64,000 nucleotides of DNA from Candidatus Dojkabacteria bacterium (GTDB lineage Bacteria > Patescibacteriota > Dojkabacteria > J137). A program made the position numbers and the translations under genes. Of this stretch, positions 1 through 7,947 are shown piece by piece (within the stretch, counting starts at the first letter, position 1; the number at the start of each line of letters is the position of its first letter). The stretch spans positions 103,772-167,771 of the forward strand of contig JBDTVZ010000001.1 of assembly GCA_040006935.1 (NCBI GenBank), given 5' to 3'. The notes under the pieces were generated by a model. It saw nothing but the letters and a program-made list of their open reading frames with translations. It was not told where the DNA came from and made no database searches.

Positions 1-176
1 ACTGTCGAAATTGTTAAATCAGATGGAACTTCACTAAGGAATTTCTCTAACCCTTCCTGATCATAGTCTGCGGCTACAACCTTAGCCCCCTGTTTTGCAA
101 AAAGCAAAGCAATCTCTTTACCTAAGCCAGATGCAGCGCCTGTAACAATAGCAACTTTACCTTGTAAGGAAAACAT
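1..176 (-). CDS. short-chain dehydrogenase/reductase (SDR) family oxidoreductase, N-terminal fragment (gene continues past the window start)
   Basis: Minus-strand translation from the ATG at 174-176 reads [34 protein letters not shown], which is the Rossmann TGxxxGxG motif. Confidence 0.7.
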   Translation of the reverse strand, partial: MFSLQGKVAIVTGAASGLGKEIALLFAKQGAKVVAADYDQEGLEKFLSEVPSDLTIST

Positions 177-495
177 AATAAAAGTAATAAGAAGTATTTT
201 CTTATTTAATTTACTGCGAAAAGAAAGAAATGTCTAATGAGAGTATAAATTATGACAATAAAATACGAATAAGGCCTCCGTAGCTTTCCTTAATATTTGA
301 AAATATTTTTGATCTTCTAATAAATGTACGTATCACTCATTAAAAAAATCTGAAAATTGAAAGCTATTGATATGTTGATCGAATACTGACTGAAATTCAG
401 GATTCTTTTAATAATTTCTGGAGTTAATTGATGATTATTTGTGTTACCCGGAATAGCTATATATCCCGGGTGTTCGTTATAATTATTCATTTAAG

Positions 496-939
496 TTAAC
501 TTATTGCTTTTTTAACAAGCTCTATAATTTCATTTTCTTCTGCTGCTGTTAACTTAATTAATGCAAAAGATGTTGCCCACATATTACCATCATCAATATT
601 TGCTGGATCATTAAAACCTAACGTTGCATATCTCGATTCGTATTTACCTCCAGCTTTAAAAAAGCAAACTACTTGGCCATTTTCATTAGCATAAGCTGGC
701 ATTCCGTACCATGTTTTTGGTAATAACGCTGGTGCTGTTTTTTTTACTAGTTCATGTATTTTACTTCCCATGGATTTATCTGGTTCTGTCATTTGTTCTA
801 TTGCATTTAGTACATCTTTTTCACCTTCTTCCCTATTCTTAGCCGCTCTTGCTTCAGCTTTTAACTCTTTAGCTCTTGCTCTCATAGCTTCTCTTTCTAC
901 ATCTGAAAATGTTCCAGATTTATTTATTTCTTCTGACAT
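496..939 (-). CDS. DUF1801 (YdhG-like) domain protein
   Basis: 147-aa ORF with the pattern WYGMPAY...NGQVVCFFKAG...RYATLGF, typical of the DUF1801 family. Confidence 0.55.
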   Translation of the reverse strand: MSEEINKSGTFSDVEREAMRARAKELKAEARAAKNREEGEKDVLNAIEQMTEPDKSMGSKIHELVKKTAPALLPKTWYGMPAYANENGQVVCFFKAGGKYESRYATLGFNDPANIDDGNMWATSFALIKLTAAEENEIIELVKKAIS

Positions 940-1036
940 ACTTATTAATTAATATTTAAAATATATAACTAGATTTTAGCCGACATTTACTTTATAATCA
1001 AGATACTTTATTTTAAAGTTAACGTCAAGGTAATTT

Positions 1037-1495
1037 ATGAATGGAAATGAAGATCTAAAATTTAACGTATTAATGGCTGCTCGTGATAATGGAATTAGTT
1101 CTGTACTATTTCGTAATGCTATGGGCAAGAAATTAGGACTGAATCTAACTGAATCTGTTTGCTTAACTCTTTTAGGCATAAAGAGTGTTTCAACGCCCAC
1201 AGAGATTGCACAGTATACTGGTTTAACTTCAGGTTCTACCACAACAATGCTAGATAGACTGGAAAAGAAAAATTTTATTAGAAGAAAAGCAAACCCCAAC
1301 GATAGACGTGGAGTATTAGTCGAAATTAATGAAGAATATTCAAAAATTGCTTTTCCATTAGTTGCAGGAGTTCAAAAAGCACATAAAGAACTTATTGATA
1401 AATACTCAGATACAGAACTGAAAGTTATTGCTGACTTTCTAGTAGGATTCACTAAAAATATGGTGGAAGAAACAAAGAAGATAGATAGTAAGTAA
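1037..1495 (+). CDS. MarR family transcriptional regulator
   Basis: 152 aa. Winged-helix region LTLLGIKSVSTPTEIAQYTGLTSGSTTTMLDRLEKKNFIRRKANPNDRRGVLV matches the MarR signature (DRR...). Confidence 0.8.
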   Translation: MNGNEDLKFNVLMAARDNGISSVLFRNAMGKKLGLNLTESVCLTLLGIKSVSTPTEIAQYTGLTSGSTTTMLDRLEKKNFIRRKANPNDRRGVLVEINEEYSKIAFPLVAGVQKAHKELIDKYSDTELKVIADFLVGFTKNMVEETKKIDSK

Positions 1496-1518
1496 ATTAC
1501 AAGTTTTAATATATAACT

Positions 1519-1989
1519 ATGGATAAATTACCTGAAAATGAAAATCTAATGTTCTACCTAGCAAGAGTGAAAGATATTATTGATTATTACAGATTAAAAT
1601 ATGAGGATCTACAGTTTAATCTTAATCAAGTAAAGATTGACGATACTGTGACTGTCATACTAGAGGTGAAGTGTCCTGAATATATAATTGCATTTGCGAA
1701 CCCTATATTTGATAAAAAAAATGGATATTTTGGATTGTTAAATGAGATTTTCACTTCTTTAAATAGAATCGCAATGGAAAGCATGGGTGAAAGTGTAAGA
1801 CTTGAAGATATAGTTAGGATGGACGAAAGCAAGCTAAACCCTCAACAACTTAAAACATTAGAAGAAGTAAGAAGACTCTCAAAGAATATGCCTATTATAG
1901 AAATATCAAGGGTAAGAAAGGCATTTGAAGGCGGGGGCTTCAGTTTTGAAACCATGACTCTACGGTTTGAATGTAGTTTTGTGGAATAA
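1519..1989 (+). CDS. hypothetical protein
   Basis: 156-aa ORF with no recognisable motif, co-oriented with its neighbours. Confidence 0.4.
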   Translation: MDKLPENENLMFYLARVKDIIDYYRLKYEDLQFNLNQVKIDDTVTVILEVKCPEYIIAFANPIFDKKNGYFGLLNEIFTSLNRIAMESMGESVRLEDIVRMDESKLNPQQLKTLEEVRRLSKNMPIIEISRVRKAFEGGGFSFETMTLRFECSFVE

Positions 1990-2279
1990 AGAAAAATGAA
2001 GATGGTGAATAGAATTTTATTCTCCAGATGATATTTTAATAGTAAGATAAACTCGTTAAAATCTTACAAATCAGTAGGAAATTAAAGTATCATATGAAAT
2101 AAATTATTCAGAAATATTATGGTCTAAGAAATTTTATAAAAGATATAACTACTGAGGTATTCCAGAAAAAACCTCTTGATCTTAAAGACCTAGCAAAAGA
2201 ATTAATAGAGAACAAACCTCCTAAAATAGGAACAGAATTTCTGATCTACCCACAGAGCTTAACTATAAGTGATCTTCTT

Positions 2280-2735
2280 TTGCTAGGAGAATTACCATAT
2301 GAAGTTTCTATAGATCGATATGAAAATACACCATTTCTTTCGCTAATTATAGGTAGCGAATTTGAAACTGAAAGAATACATAAATACGATTATATGAGAC
2401 AGATTGCAACATTACACACTCATCCAAAACATGGAAGTAAGTTTATTTCCTATCAAGATTTATCTGCTGCAGAAATTTGGCAAATAGTATCACCTGGACT
2501 TCGATCATTTTTACTAACAGACCAAGGATTTATTGAGTACAGAGTTCCAGATAACAGAGATGATATCAGAGAGATAATGAATAATTGGGCTAAAAAACAT
2601 AACCTCAGTAACTTAAAACCAGATCAAGACGAATTAAAGCGAAGAGAGCTAATTCAAGGTGGAGGCTATATAGTACAAGAAGTGAAATGGAATGATCCAA
2701 GATTTTCAAACCTCCCAGATGCTTTTATAAATTAG
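2280..2735 (+). CDS. hypothetical protein with a possible JAB/RadC-like metal-binding motif (HTHPKHGSKFISYQD); TTG start as drawn
   Basis: 151-aa ORF. Glu followed by HxHP...S..D resembles the RadC/JAB motif HNHPSG..PS..D, but the match is weak. Confidence 0.35.
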   Translation: MLGELPYEVSIDRYENTPFLSLIIGSEFETERIHKYDYMRQIATLHTHPKHGSKFISYQDLSAAEIWQIVSPGLRSFLLTDQGFIEYRVPDNRDDIREIMNNWAKKHNLSNLKPDQDELKRRELIQGGGYIVQEVKWNDPRFSNLPDAFIN

Positions 2736-2741
2736 AAAAAA

Positions 2742-2813
2742 TGAGGCTACGGAGAATCGAACTCCGATTACCAGATTGAAAATCTGATGTCCTAACCGTT
2801 AGACGATAGCCCC
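2742..2813 (-). tRNA. tRNA-Glu (anticodon UUC)
   Basis: The minus strand reads GGGGCTATCGTCTAACGGTTAGGACATCAGATTTTCAATCTGGTAATCGGAGTTCGATTCTCCGTAGCCTCA. The 7-bp acceptor stem, D arm, TCAGA/TCTGG anticodon stem, TTTTCAA loop and TTCGATT T-loop are all present. No CCA is encoded. Confidence 0.85.
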
Positions 2814-3120
2814 ATTTTTTTCAATTTTAAACTTATCTATTATCCCTTTCTTTATTTGCCAATTACCTTTAACTTCGAGTTCTCTTTTTCTAGCACTAGT
2901 TTTATTTAAGTAGGTTTCAGTATAAACTAATTCATAAGGTATTCTAGACTTTGTTGATCTAACTAATCCCTTATTATGCCTTACTAATCTTGCCTCTACA
3001 TTACTAGTTATTCCGACATAATACCATTCTTTTTTATTACTTTTCAGAATATATAGAAAATACATATCTAATTATAACTTGATTACAGATTGTCACCCGA
3101 AGGGTGATCCCTTTGGGAAA
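2781..3120 (-). mobile_element. putative tRNA-Glu-associated insertion carrying the GIY-YIG gene and a regenerated tRNA 5' half
   Basis: A 340-bp segment lies between two identical 40-bp copies of the tRNA 5' half (2781-2820 and 3121-3160). It contains a UUCG-tetraloop hairpin and the GIY-YIG ORF. Confidence 0.4.
2799..3065 (-). CDS. GIY-YIG nuclease family protein (small stand-alone URI domain)
   Basis: 88 aa. YFLYILKSNKKEWYYVGITSNVEARLVRHN...VYTETY matches the GIY-YIG consensus (YxYIL..S..G..YIG.T.nl..Rl.eHn). The last 15 nt, including the TAA stop, overlap tRNA-Glu positions 1-15. Confidence 0.8.
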   Translation of the reverse strand: MYFLYILKSNKKEWYYVGITSNVEARLVRHNKGLVRSTKSRIPYELVYTETYLNKTSARKRELEVKGNWQIKKGIIDKFKIEKNGAIV

Positions 3121-3160
3121 AATCTGATGTCCTAACCGTTAGACGATAGCCCCATTTTTT
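3121..3160. repeat. 40-bp direct repeat duplicating tRNA-Glu positions 1-33 plus 7 nt of 5' flank (identical to 2781-2820); tRNA fossil
   Basis: Exact identity aatctgatgtcctaaccgttagacgatagccccatttttt at both sites. The upstream copy continues into a 25-nt hairpin insertion (CCAAAGGGATCACCCTTCGGGTGAC), then a remnant of tRNA positions 37-47, then diverges. Confidence 0.8.
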
Positions 3161-3286
3161 CTAATTCTGATTTGTATTTGCGGTGTATTATAGCGTTTTT
3201 GATTAATTTCATCAATAATTTAATGAGCATCCCTCTCCTTGAAAAGGACCTGTCTGCAACATCAATATTGTTAGCATATCTACATG

Positions 3287-3326
3287 GTCAGGCAAGGAGG
3301 GGGGACCGCTTGCGGTGGGTGAGGTC
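3287..3326. repeat. degenerate family B repeat (..GGAGGGGGGACC..GGTGGGTGAGGT)
   Basis: Shares the GGGTGAGGT 3' motif. It lies in a GC-rich island with no convincing ORF. Confidence 0.4.
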
Positions 3327-3368
3327 TAGCGCCTCAAAACCAGAAGAGTGTTTAGGCGCTCCTTTTTA
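3327..3368 (+). terminator. intrinsic terminator-like hairpin (AGCGCCT ...19 nt... AGGCGCT) followed by CCTTTTTATT
   Basis: Perfect 7-bp GC-rich stem followed by a T tract on the plus strand. It lies at the 3' end of a GC-rich, repeat-containing segment at 3230-3330. Confidence 0.45.
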
Positions 3369-3986
3369 TTAAAAACCCAAATCCTCGTTTACTAAAATAA
3401 CTTGCACTCTTCCAGGTAACATTGGAGATACATTATTTAAAATAAACAATTCTCTAACATTACTTTCTGGCATGCCGTATGCAGCTTGAACTCTTTTATT
3501 TTCCTGAGGAAGGACGTCTTCGTAGATTCTTTTTAGTCCACTATCTAAATCTTTTACAATTTTCTTTGTACTAGCAATCACAATAACTTTGTCTGCACCA
3601 TATGCTAAAGCTGGAATTTGACTTCCACTGTTACTTGCCCAAATTAGTTTCCCATCTTGTGTCACTGCATGAGTACTTACAACTGCAAATTCATGAACAC
3701 CACCTATTTTACTCATTTCTTTTTTCTGAGTGTTTCGGTCTAAAGAGTTCATTTGTGTTCTGACAGAATTATATTTTCCTGATTCATTTAATTCTTTTGT
3801 TAAACCAATTTGTTCTAGAGTTTTAGATGTCATTGTCATAACTTCAGAACCTTCTGTAATTAGTTCCAATGCTTGAGCCTTAGCTTTTTCTCCATTTTCT
3901 ACAACATATACTACAAAGCCATTTGACTTAAGACCTTCGACTGCTTTATTTACCTCATCTGAATTCGGAATTGAAACGTGATCCAT
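3369..3986 (-). CDS. LUD domain protein (LutC/YkgG-like, DUF162)
   Basis: 205 aa. GGVHEFAVVSTHAVTQDGKLIWASNSGSQIPALAYGADKVIVIASTKKIV fits the LUD pattern G.TGA.FA.AETG...SNEG....P..H...G.EK.V. Confidence 0.55.
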   Translation of the reverse strand: MDHVSIPNSDEVNKAVEGLKSNGFVVYVVENGEKAKAQALELITEGSEVMTMTSKTLEQIGLTKELNESGKYNSVRTQMNSLDRNTQKKEMSKIGGVHEFAVVSTHAVTQDGKLIWASNSGSQIPALAYGADKVIVIASTKKIVKDLDSGLKRIYEDVLPQENKRVQAAYGMPESNVRELFILNNVSPMLPGRVQVILVNEDLGF

Positions 3987-4081
3987 AGTTAATTATTAAT
4001 AAATATTAATTTATTCTAACTCGCTACTATGCTAAAATACAAGTACATACAAAAATTATATATACTAACTATTTAGATACT

Positions 4082-4414
4082 ATGAAAGAATGTACTAGTG
4101 CCGATCCAGTAAATATAACAATTAAAGCCATTGGAGGTAAATGGAAAGCAGTCATAATGTGGCATTTAAGCTCTGGAACCAAAAGGTTTAGTGAATTACA
4201 TAAGCTTGCCACCGGAGTTACTCAAAAAATGCTTACACAACAACTAAGAGAAATGGAAAGAGACGGACTAATTGAGAGAAAAGTCTATCCTATTGTTCCA
4301 CCTAAAGTAGAGTATTCGATTTCCAAATATGGTCAAACACTTCAACCTGTTTTGAAAGCTATGGCTGAATGGGGTGAAAGACATGAAAAGAACTTACGCG
4401 ATAATACTCTGTAA
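4082..4414 (+). CDS. HxlR family transcriptional regulator
   Basis: 110 aa. CPVNITIKAIGGKWKAVIMWHL...KRFSEL...GVTQKMLTQQLREMERDGLIERKVYPIVPPKVEYSISKYG is the classic HxlR/DUF24 winged helix. Confidence 0.85.
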   Translation: MKECTSADPVNITIKAIGGKWKAVIMWHLSSGTKRFSELHKLATGVTQKMLTQQLREMERDGLIERKVYPIVPPKVEYSISKYGQTLQPVLKAMAEWGERHEKNLRDNTL

Positions 4415-6934
4415 ATTCCTAATTGATTTTTCTAGATTAATTCCTTTGCCTACAACTGGTTTCCATAAATCTCCCATTTTATCTAGACGTTTTGAAAGAG
4501 TTTTAATTGTGTAATCTTTAACATCAAGTTTATTATTAACTTCGGACCATTTTAAAGGTGTAGAAACTGACGCCTTAACAACTGGACGAACAGAGTAGAC
4601 GGAAGCAGTTGTTTGACCACTTCGGTTTTGAAGGAAATCTATATATACTTTCCCTTTTCTTTTATCTGGAGATCTTTCTAAACTCACAATGTTTGGCAAT
4701 CTCTTACTGATTGAAATACTAATTATCTCTGAGAATTGTTTTGATTGCTCATAGGTATATTTTGTACCAAGTGGAGTATAGATATGCAATCCTCGTTTAC
4801 CGGAAGTCTTAATATAGTTATCTACCTCGATCTTATCCAAAAGTTCGTGAATTTCTAAAGCAACTTTAATTGTATATTTAAAATCCGCATCATTAGGATC
4901 TACATCAAAAATCATATAGTCTGGATTTTCAATTGAATCTATTCTCGAATCCCAAGGATTAATTTCAATACAACCTAAATTAACCATATAAATTAAAGTT
5001 TCCACATTATTACAAAGAATGTAATCAATAATCCTCTTTCTATTGCCTGAATAAATTCCATAAGTTTTAACAAAGTCCGGATGCGATTGCTCCAAGTCTT
5101 TATGGTAAAAACTCACACCCTCAATACCATCGGGATGCCTGTTCATATTCTGAGGTCGGTCTTTTAAGTATGGCAGAATAAAATCAGATATTTCTAAATA
5201 AAACTTTGCTAAATCTTTTTTCGTATATTTATCCTTAGGCCAATAGATCTTTTGAGGATTTGAGATTAACTCAAGTGGATCATGTTTTGTTTTACTATCC
5301 TGAGATTCATCTCTCCCGCCTGACTGCGCAAGTCGGGCAGGTAATTGATAATTCTTAATTGATAATTCAGTTAGATCATCGGGCTTTTTATCATCTCTGA
5401 TTCGCTGAAATATTGCTTGCCTTAGCATTCCTTCTTTCGTAACTTCTGCATAGTTAACTTCACAAACTAAAATTGGTTCTACAAATACACTTGAATTTGG
5501 AACTGGAGCATCATATTTAAATGGTGAGGAGTCACGCCTATGCTTATCTAGAAGCTCCCTAATTTCTTTAAGAGATTTATTATCGAATCCACTTCCCGTA
5601 TTACCAATATATTTTAAATTTCCATCTTGAAAAGTTCCGAGAAGTAGAGAACCAAAGTGTTCTCTTATCTCAGTTGGTTTGGTATAACCACATATTAAAC
5701 AATCTAACTCATTTACTTTCTTAAATTTCTTCCAATCATCTGATCTTTCTCCACTTCTGTAAATAGAGTCAGCTTTTTTTGCAACAACACCTTCAAAACC
5801 CTTTTTAATCATTTTAGTAAATAATGTTTTCCCTTTTGTCTCTACATAATCTTGAAGTACAATATTATCTTCAAAATTCACTTTTTTATAGAATTCAGCT
5901 AAGGCCTTTTTTCTCTCAATAAGTGGTAACGTTCGTAGATCTAAATTATCTAAAGAGAGCAGATCAAAAACCGTATACACTAAATCTCCTTTTTGAGAGT
6001 TAGGATAATCTTGGAGTAATTCGAATTGTGGAACCTTTTTTTTATTTAAAACGGATATCTCACCATCGATAATTGCATTTACATTAATTTTTTCTAGAGA
6101 TTCAATTAAACTTGGGTACTTTGAATTCAAATTTATTTGATTTCTCGAAAATAATTTTGCCTTTCCATTTTCTAATACTGCAATTGCCCTATATCCATCC
6201 ATTTTAGACTCAAAAATCCAATCTTTATTATCAAAAGGCTTTTCCGCAACAGAAGCAAGCATGGGTAAAGTAAGTCTTGAAGATTTGAGATTTTCAATTT
6301 TGTTTGTTAAATTATCTTCTTCTTTATTCTCTTTTCTCTTTTCTTTATTTGACTCCCACACAATCTCAGTATTTTCAATTTCCTCCATACTTTTCCCACT
6401 TTTTGCAGATAAAGCTTCTTTCTCAATCTTTGTCCCATCAAACTCATCTTTATCTTTGATAAATAACCAAGCATTTTCTCCAGCCTTCTTAAAACGTACT
6501 AAGGCAAATAACCCATGCAATTTCTTTCCAAATAACTCTAATTTTATTTCTCCTTTTTCCAAGCCATCCGCAATAGCTTTATCTGCTTCATTTTGATCTT
6601 TGATATTTGGAATTTGATATTTACCTAGATCCCAAACCATTACTGTACCAGCACCATAATTACCTTCTGGAATAGTTCCTTCAAAATCGTAATAATTCAC
6701 AGGATGATCCTCAACCATCATTGCTAAATGCTTTTCTTTAGAACTAGTTGGAACACCTTTAGGGACAGCCCAACTTTTTAAAACACCATCAGTCTCAATT
6801 CTGAAGTCAAAATGCAATCTCGTGGCTAAATGTTTTTGTACCACAAATCTCATCTTCCCTTCGTCAGATTTAACACCAGAAGGTTCAGGTGTATTCTTAA
6901 AATTTCTTTTTTCATTATATTTTTCTAAAGCCAT
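4394..6934 (-). CDS. ligD: multidomain ATP-dependent DNA ligase LigD (3'-phosphoesterase, ligase and polymerase domains)
   Basis: 846 aa. N-terminal PE domain (RFVVQKHLATRLHFDFRIE..LKSWAVPKG). Ligase motif I KMDGYR. C-terminal polymerase/primase domain (KRGLHIYTPL). Adjacent to ku. Confidence 0.9.
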   Translation of the reverse strand: MALEKYNEKRNFKNTPEPSGVKSDEGKMRFVVQKHLATRLHFDFRIETDGVLKSWAVPKGVPTSSKEKHLAMMVEDHPVNYYDFEGTIPEGNYGAGTVMVWDLGKYQIPNIKDQNEADKAIADGLEKGEIKLELFGKKLHGLFALVRFKKAGENAWLFIKDKDEFDGTKIEKEALSAKSGKSMEEIENTEIVWESNKEKRKENKEEDNLTNKIENLKSSRLTLPMLASVAEKPFDNKDWIFESKMDGYRAIAVLENGKAKLFSRNQINLNSKYPSLIESLEKINVNAIIDGEISVLNKKKVPQFELLQDYPNSQKGDLVYTVFDLLSLDNLDLRTLPLIERKKALAEFYKKVNFEDNIVLQDYVETKGKTLFTKMIKKGFEGVVAKKADSIYRSGERSDDWKKFKKVNELDCLICGYTKPTEIREHFGSLLLGTFQDGNLKYIGNTGSGFDNKSLKEIRELLDKHRRDSSPFKYDAPVPNSSVFVEPILVCEVNYAEVTKEGMLRQAIFQRIRDDKKPDDLTELSIKNYQLPARLAQSGGRDESQDSKTKHDPLELISNPQKIYWPKDKYTKKDLAKFYLEISDFILPYLKDRPQNMNRHPDGIEGVSFYHKDLEQSHPDFVKTYGIYSGNRKRIIDYILCNNVETLIYMVNLGCIEINPWDSRIDSIENPDYMIFDVDPNDADFKYTIKVALEIHELLDKIEVDNYIKTSGKRGLHIYTPLGTKYTYEQSKQFSEIISISISKRLPNIVSLERSPDKRKGKVYIDFLQNRSGQTTASVYSVRPVVKASVSTPLKWSEVNNKLDVKDYTIKTLSKRLDKMGDLWKPVVGKGINLEKSIRNLQSIIA
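5315..5341. repeat. GC-rich imperfect hairpin, family A-like (CCCGCCTGAC-TGCGCAA-GTCGGGCAGG), in frame inside ligD
   Basis: 9 of 10 bp pair in the stem. It encodes the LigD linker segment ARLAQSGGR and is preceded by TATCCTGAG. Confidence 0.5.
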
Positions 6935-7015
6935 ATGAAAGATTCAAATGTTATAAACAATGTTTAAAAGTTCTTTGAGATTCAACGTTAAAACATTTAA
7001 ACCTTCCAACGTTTA

Positions 7016-7795
7016 TTATTTTTTAACTTTAATTGTCTCCAAACTCTTCTGTAGTGATTCCATTAGCTCATCCATATTAGTTGCTTTAGGTGCTTCGTTC
7101 TTCGAAATTTTAAAAGTTTTATTTTTAGCTTTTGCTTCAATAACTTTCTTTAATCCAGTAATATAATCATCTTTGAAGTCTTCGGGAGTAAATTTCTCAG
7201 TCATATTGTCTATTAAATCCATAGCCAAATCCAGTTCTTTTTCTTTCAAATTTGTTGTTTTTGGTACTTTTAATTCTTTAATAGGCTTGATTTCGGAATC
7301 ATATCTAAGTTGATTTAGGATTAAAATGTCTCCATCAAATTTTAATGCACATAAGTGCTCTCTGTTTTTAAAAACAAACTCAGCGATTCCTACTTTTCGA
7401 GATTTCTTTAAAGACTGTGCAAATAACGAATATGTCTTTTCTGCACCCTCAGCAGGTTCCAGATAATATGGTTTTTCGTAATATTTAGAATCAATTTCAT
7501 CTTCTTTTACAAAGCATTCGATATCAATTGTTTTACTTCTATGAATTGTAACTTTCTCAAAATCCTCTTCTTCTAAAATTACATAATCACCTTTACTAAA
7601 TTGAAATCCTTTAACTACATCTTTCCAGGAAACTTCCTTTCCTGTATGTGTATCTATTCTTGCATAACGAATTGGAGATTTATCTTTCTTACTTAACAAA
7701 TCTAAATCTAATTCTATAGATTCTGAACCTGTATATAAATTCACTGGGATGTAGATTAATCCAAAAGATATTCCTCCTGTCCAAATAGGTCTCAT
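7016..7795 (-). CDS. ku: Ku protein (non-homologous end joining)
   Basis: 259 aa. MRPIWTGGISFGLIYIPVNLY...IRYARIDTHTGKEV matches the bacterial Ku N-terminus and core. Confidence 0.9.
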   Translation of the reverse strand: MRPIWTGGISFGLIYIPVNLYTGSESIELDLDLLSKKDKSPIRYARIDTHTGKEVSWKDVVKGFQFSKGDYVILEEEDFEKVTIHRSKTIDIECFVKEDEIDSKYYEKPYYLEPAEGAEKTYSLFAQSLKKSRKVGIAEFVFKNREHLCALKFDGDILILNQLRYDSEIKPIKELKVPKTTNLKEKELDLAMDLIDNMTEKFTPEDFKDDYITGLKKVIEAKAKNKTFKISKNEAPKATNMDELMESLQKSLETIKVKK

Positions 7796-7947
7796 AGAAA
7801 AATAATAATAGTTATATTACAAATATAGTATATTACTTTAATTAATAAATACCAAGAAGCTACTCCTTGTTAGAATATTTTTAGCTAACATAGATGCTAA
7901 ATTTTCCTTTTTCTGATATTTTATGTAAGTAGATTATTTTTATTTTC

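Noticed and set aside
770-1299. ORFs 770-952(+) and 976-1299(-), which overlap the DUF1801 and MarR genes on the opposite strand
   Set aside because: These are antisense, low-complexity translations of AT-rich coding DNA.
2781-3160. Group I intron interpretation of the tRNA-Glu interruption
   Set aside because: The downstream tRNA copy is complete and contiguous, so no splicing is needed. The interval lacks room and signatures for a group I core. The would-be intron would end in U instead of the required terminal G.
3172-3372. 66-aa plus-strand ORF (MYLRCIIAFL...) and a possible SRP RNA (4.5S) in the same GC-rich interval
   Set aside because: The ORF runs through a repeat-derived GC-rich island and a terminator hairpin and shows no coding signature. 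The GGTCAGG/AAGGAGG similarity to SRP RNA domain IV lacks the conserved GGAAGGAAGCAGCC core.
6261-6596. 111-aa plus-strand ORF inside ligD
   Set aside because: Antisense to a well-supported gene. It is Ser/Phe/Leu-rich, an artefact of AT-rich sequence.
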